Positions 62,761 through 64,000 of a stretch of DNA of 64,000 nt are shown here, in pieces. The stretch spans positions 2,170,001 to 2,234,000 of the forward strand of contig NC_089436.1 of the NCBI RefSeq assembly GCF_026210795.1, given 5' to 3'. This DNA comes from Rhizophagus irregularis (taxonomy: Eukaryota). A model generated the notes under the pieces. That model was not told the DNA's origin and searched no databases. It was given only the letters and a program-made list of their open reading frames with translations. The position numbers were made by a program, and so were the translations under genes. Position 1 is the first letter of the stretch. Each line of letters opens with the position of its first letter.

Positions 62761-64000
62761 TACGGATAAATCTGTATTAGGTGATATAAATAACAATGAA
62801 ATTATTATTAGTAATATTAAGTAGTTATTTAACATGTGATCGATATGTAAGTTGGCTAATAATTTCTCTTCTAATAAATAATAATGGCGTAAAAAAGAAA
62901 TGTTTCGTATTTTTAACAATGTACTTCATCAGTATACGTATATAACGGAAATATGTTCGGAAATTCCTTCGATTATCATGAAAAAATACTTTACAAGAAT
63001 AAATTACTTAAAATGATGGATTTATTGTTGACCAAAGTTAGATAATAGATTTCTTTAAAAAAATCACCGAATTTATTCCGTAATATTTTCGTTAAAATTA
63101 ATGATAGAAAAAAAAAATGGTTTCTTTTAAAAAAAAAATTCTCAATGAATAAATGAAAATATTTTCCTAAACACAATTGGATTGAGAAAATCATATTGTT
63201 CTATTCATGCATCAAAGTTTTTAATGAATATATGAACGTACCTACTAATTATGAAGTAATAGTTTTTCTTTTCAATTACTAAATTTGTCATTTTTATTTA
63301 ACTATTCCGATTCTCATATACCTTTACTCATAAAACTGTGCGCCATTTTAAAACTTAAGTAACGCCATTGTTCAATTATTCGTGTAACCATGAACAAGGT
63401 TTCGTTCATTGTCTTTTTATCTTTCATTATTTAAAATATATTTTTTTTTAAAAAAAACTCATGAAAATTGTATTATTTTTATGTTATTTTACCGAGAAAT
63501 TATTTAAAAAAAGAAATTATTACCAAAGTCAGGTGTAAAGAAAATGCATAAAGAAACAATAGTAAAAAATTTTATATATTAACATTCAAGCATTATTATT
63601 TTACATTTCAATTTATTTCAATAGATTTCTTCTTTTTTTGGTTTGTATAATTTTACACTACATCTTATGACTTTAATAGGTTTTATTGAAATAACTTTAT
63701 CTATATATCAGTTTTCTTTGTATTTTTTTTTTTAAACAAGTTCTTTTTATTCATGGGCCATTACTTAATCATTTATGCAGGGTTTTTTTTTTTACAAATA
63801 TATCCAGTTATGATAATGATAATGATGCTGTGTGATGTAAACACGTATCAATATATATATAATTTTTTTTTTTTTAAAGAAGAACCAAAAATTATTTTTC
63901 TTTGTTTGCTCATTGTAAAAAAAAAGTGACATTGTTTACGATTGAGGGGATAATGACATAGGGTTTCATCATAAAAGAGATACTATAAGTAGATTAAAAT

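Noticed and set aside
59325..63194. Short ORFs rich in K/F/I/L
   Set aside because: Products of poly-A/T tracts and microsatellites with no protein-like composition.

Overview
Very AT-rich eukaryotic DNA with spliceosomal introns. Gene and TE content resemble an arbuscular mycorrhizal fungus (Glomeromycota); this assignment is inferred from sequence style and protein families. Only two intact host genes are visible: a 3-exon secreted, GPI-anchored Ala/Pro-rich (AGL-like) surface protein (11876-12757, +) and a single-exon BTB/POZ + polyQ protein (58245-59216, -). The rest is nested, C-to-T-decayed mobile DNA: (i) a RAG1/Transib/Chapaev-like transposase lying tail-to-tail with a C2H2 partner gene; (ii) a MULE pseudogene carrying three insertions; (iii) a full-length 9.4-kb Ty3/Gypsy element (27051-36487, -) whose Pol begins with a NUDIX hydrolase after a -1 frameshift signal and which carries two accessory genes; (iv) IS630/Tc1-like and pogo-like transposons and many hAT, Tc1, MULE and PIF MITEs; (v) a giant-virus-type double HNH endonuclease relic and a restriction-endonuclease-fold pseudogene. 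Two non-coding patterns stand out. One is tandem arrays of ~115-135-bp units, each a complete branch point/AG/micro-exon/GT module, all on the minus strand. The other is a loxP-like palindromic module shared by several unrelated TE families. All protein calls come from manual translation and motif recognition, not database searches.
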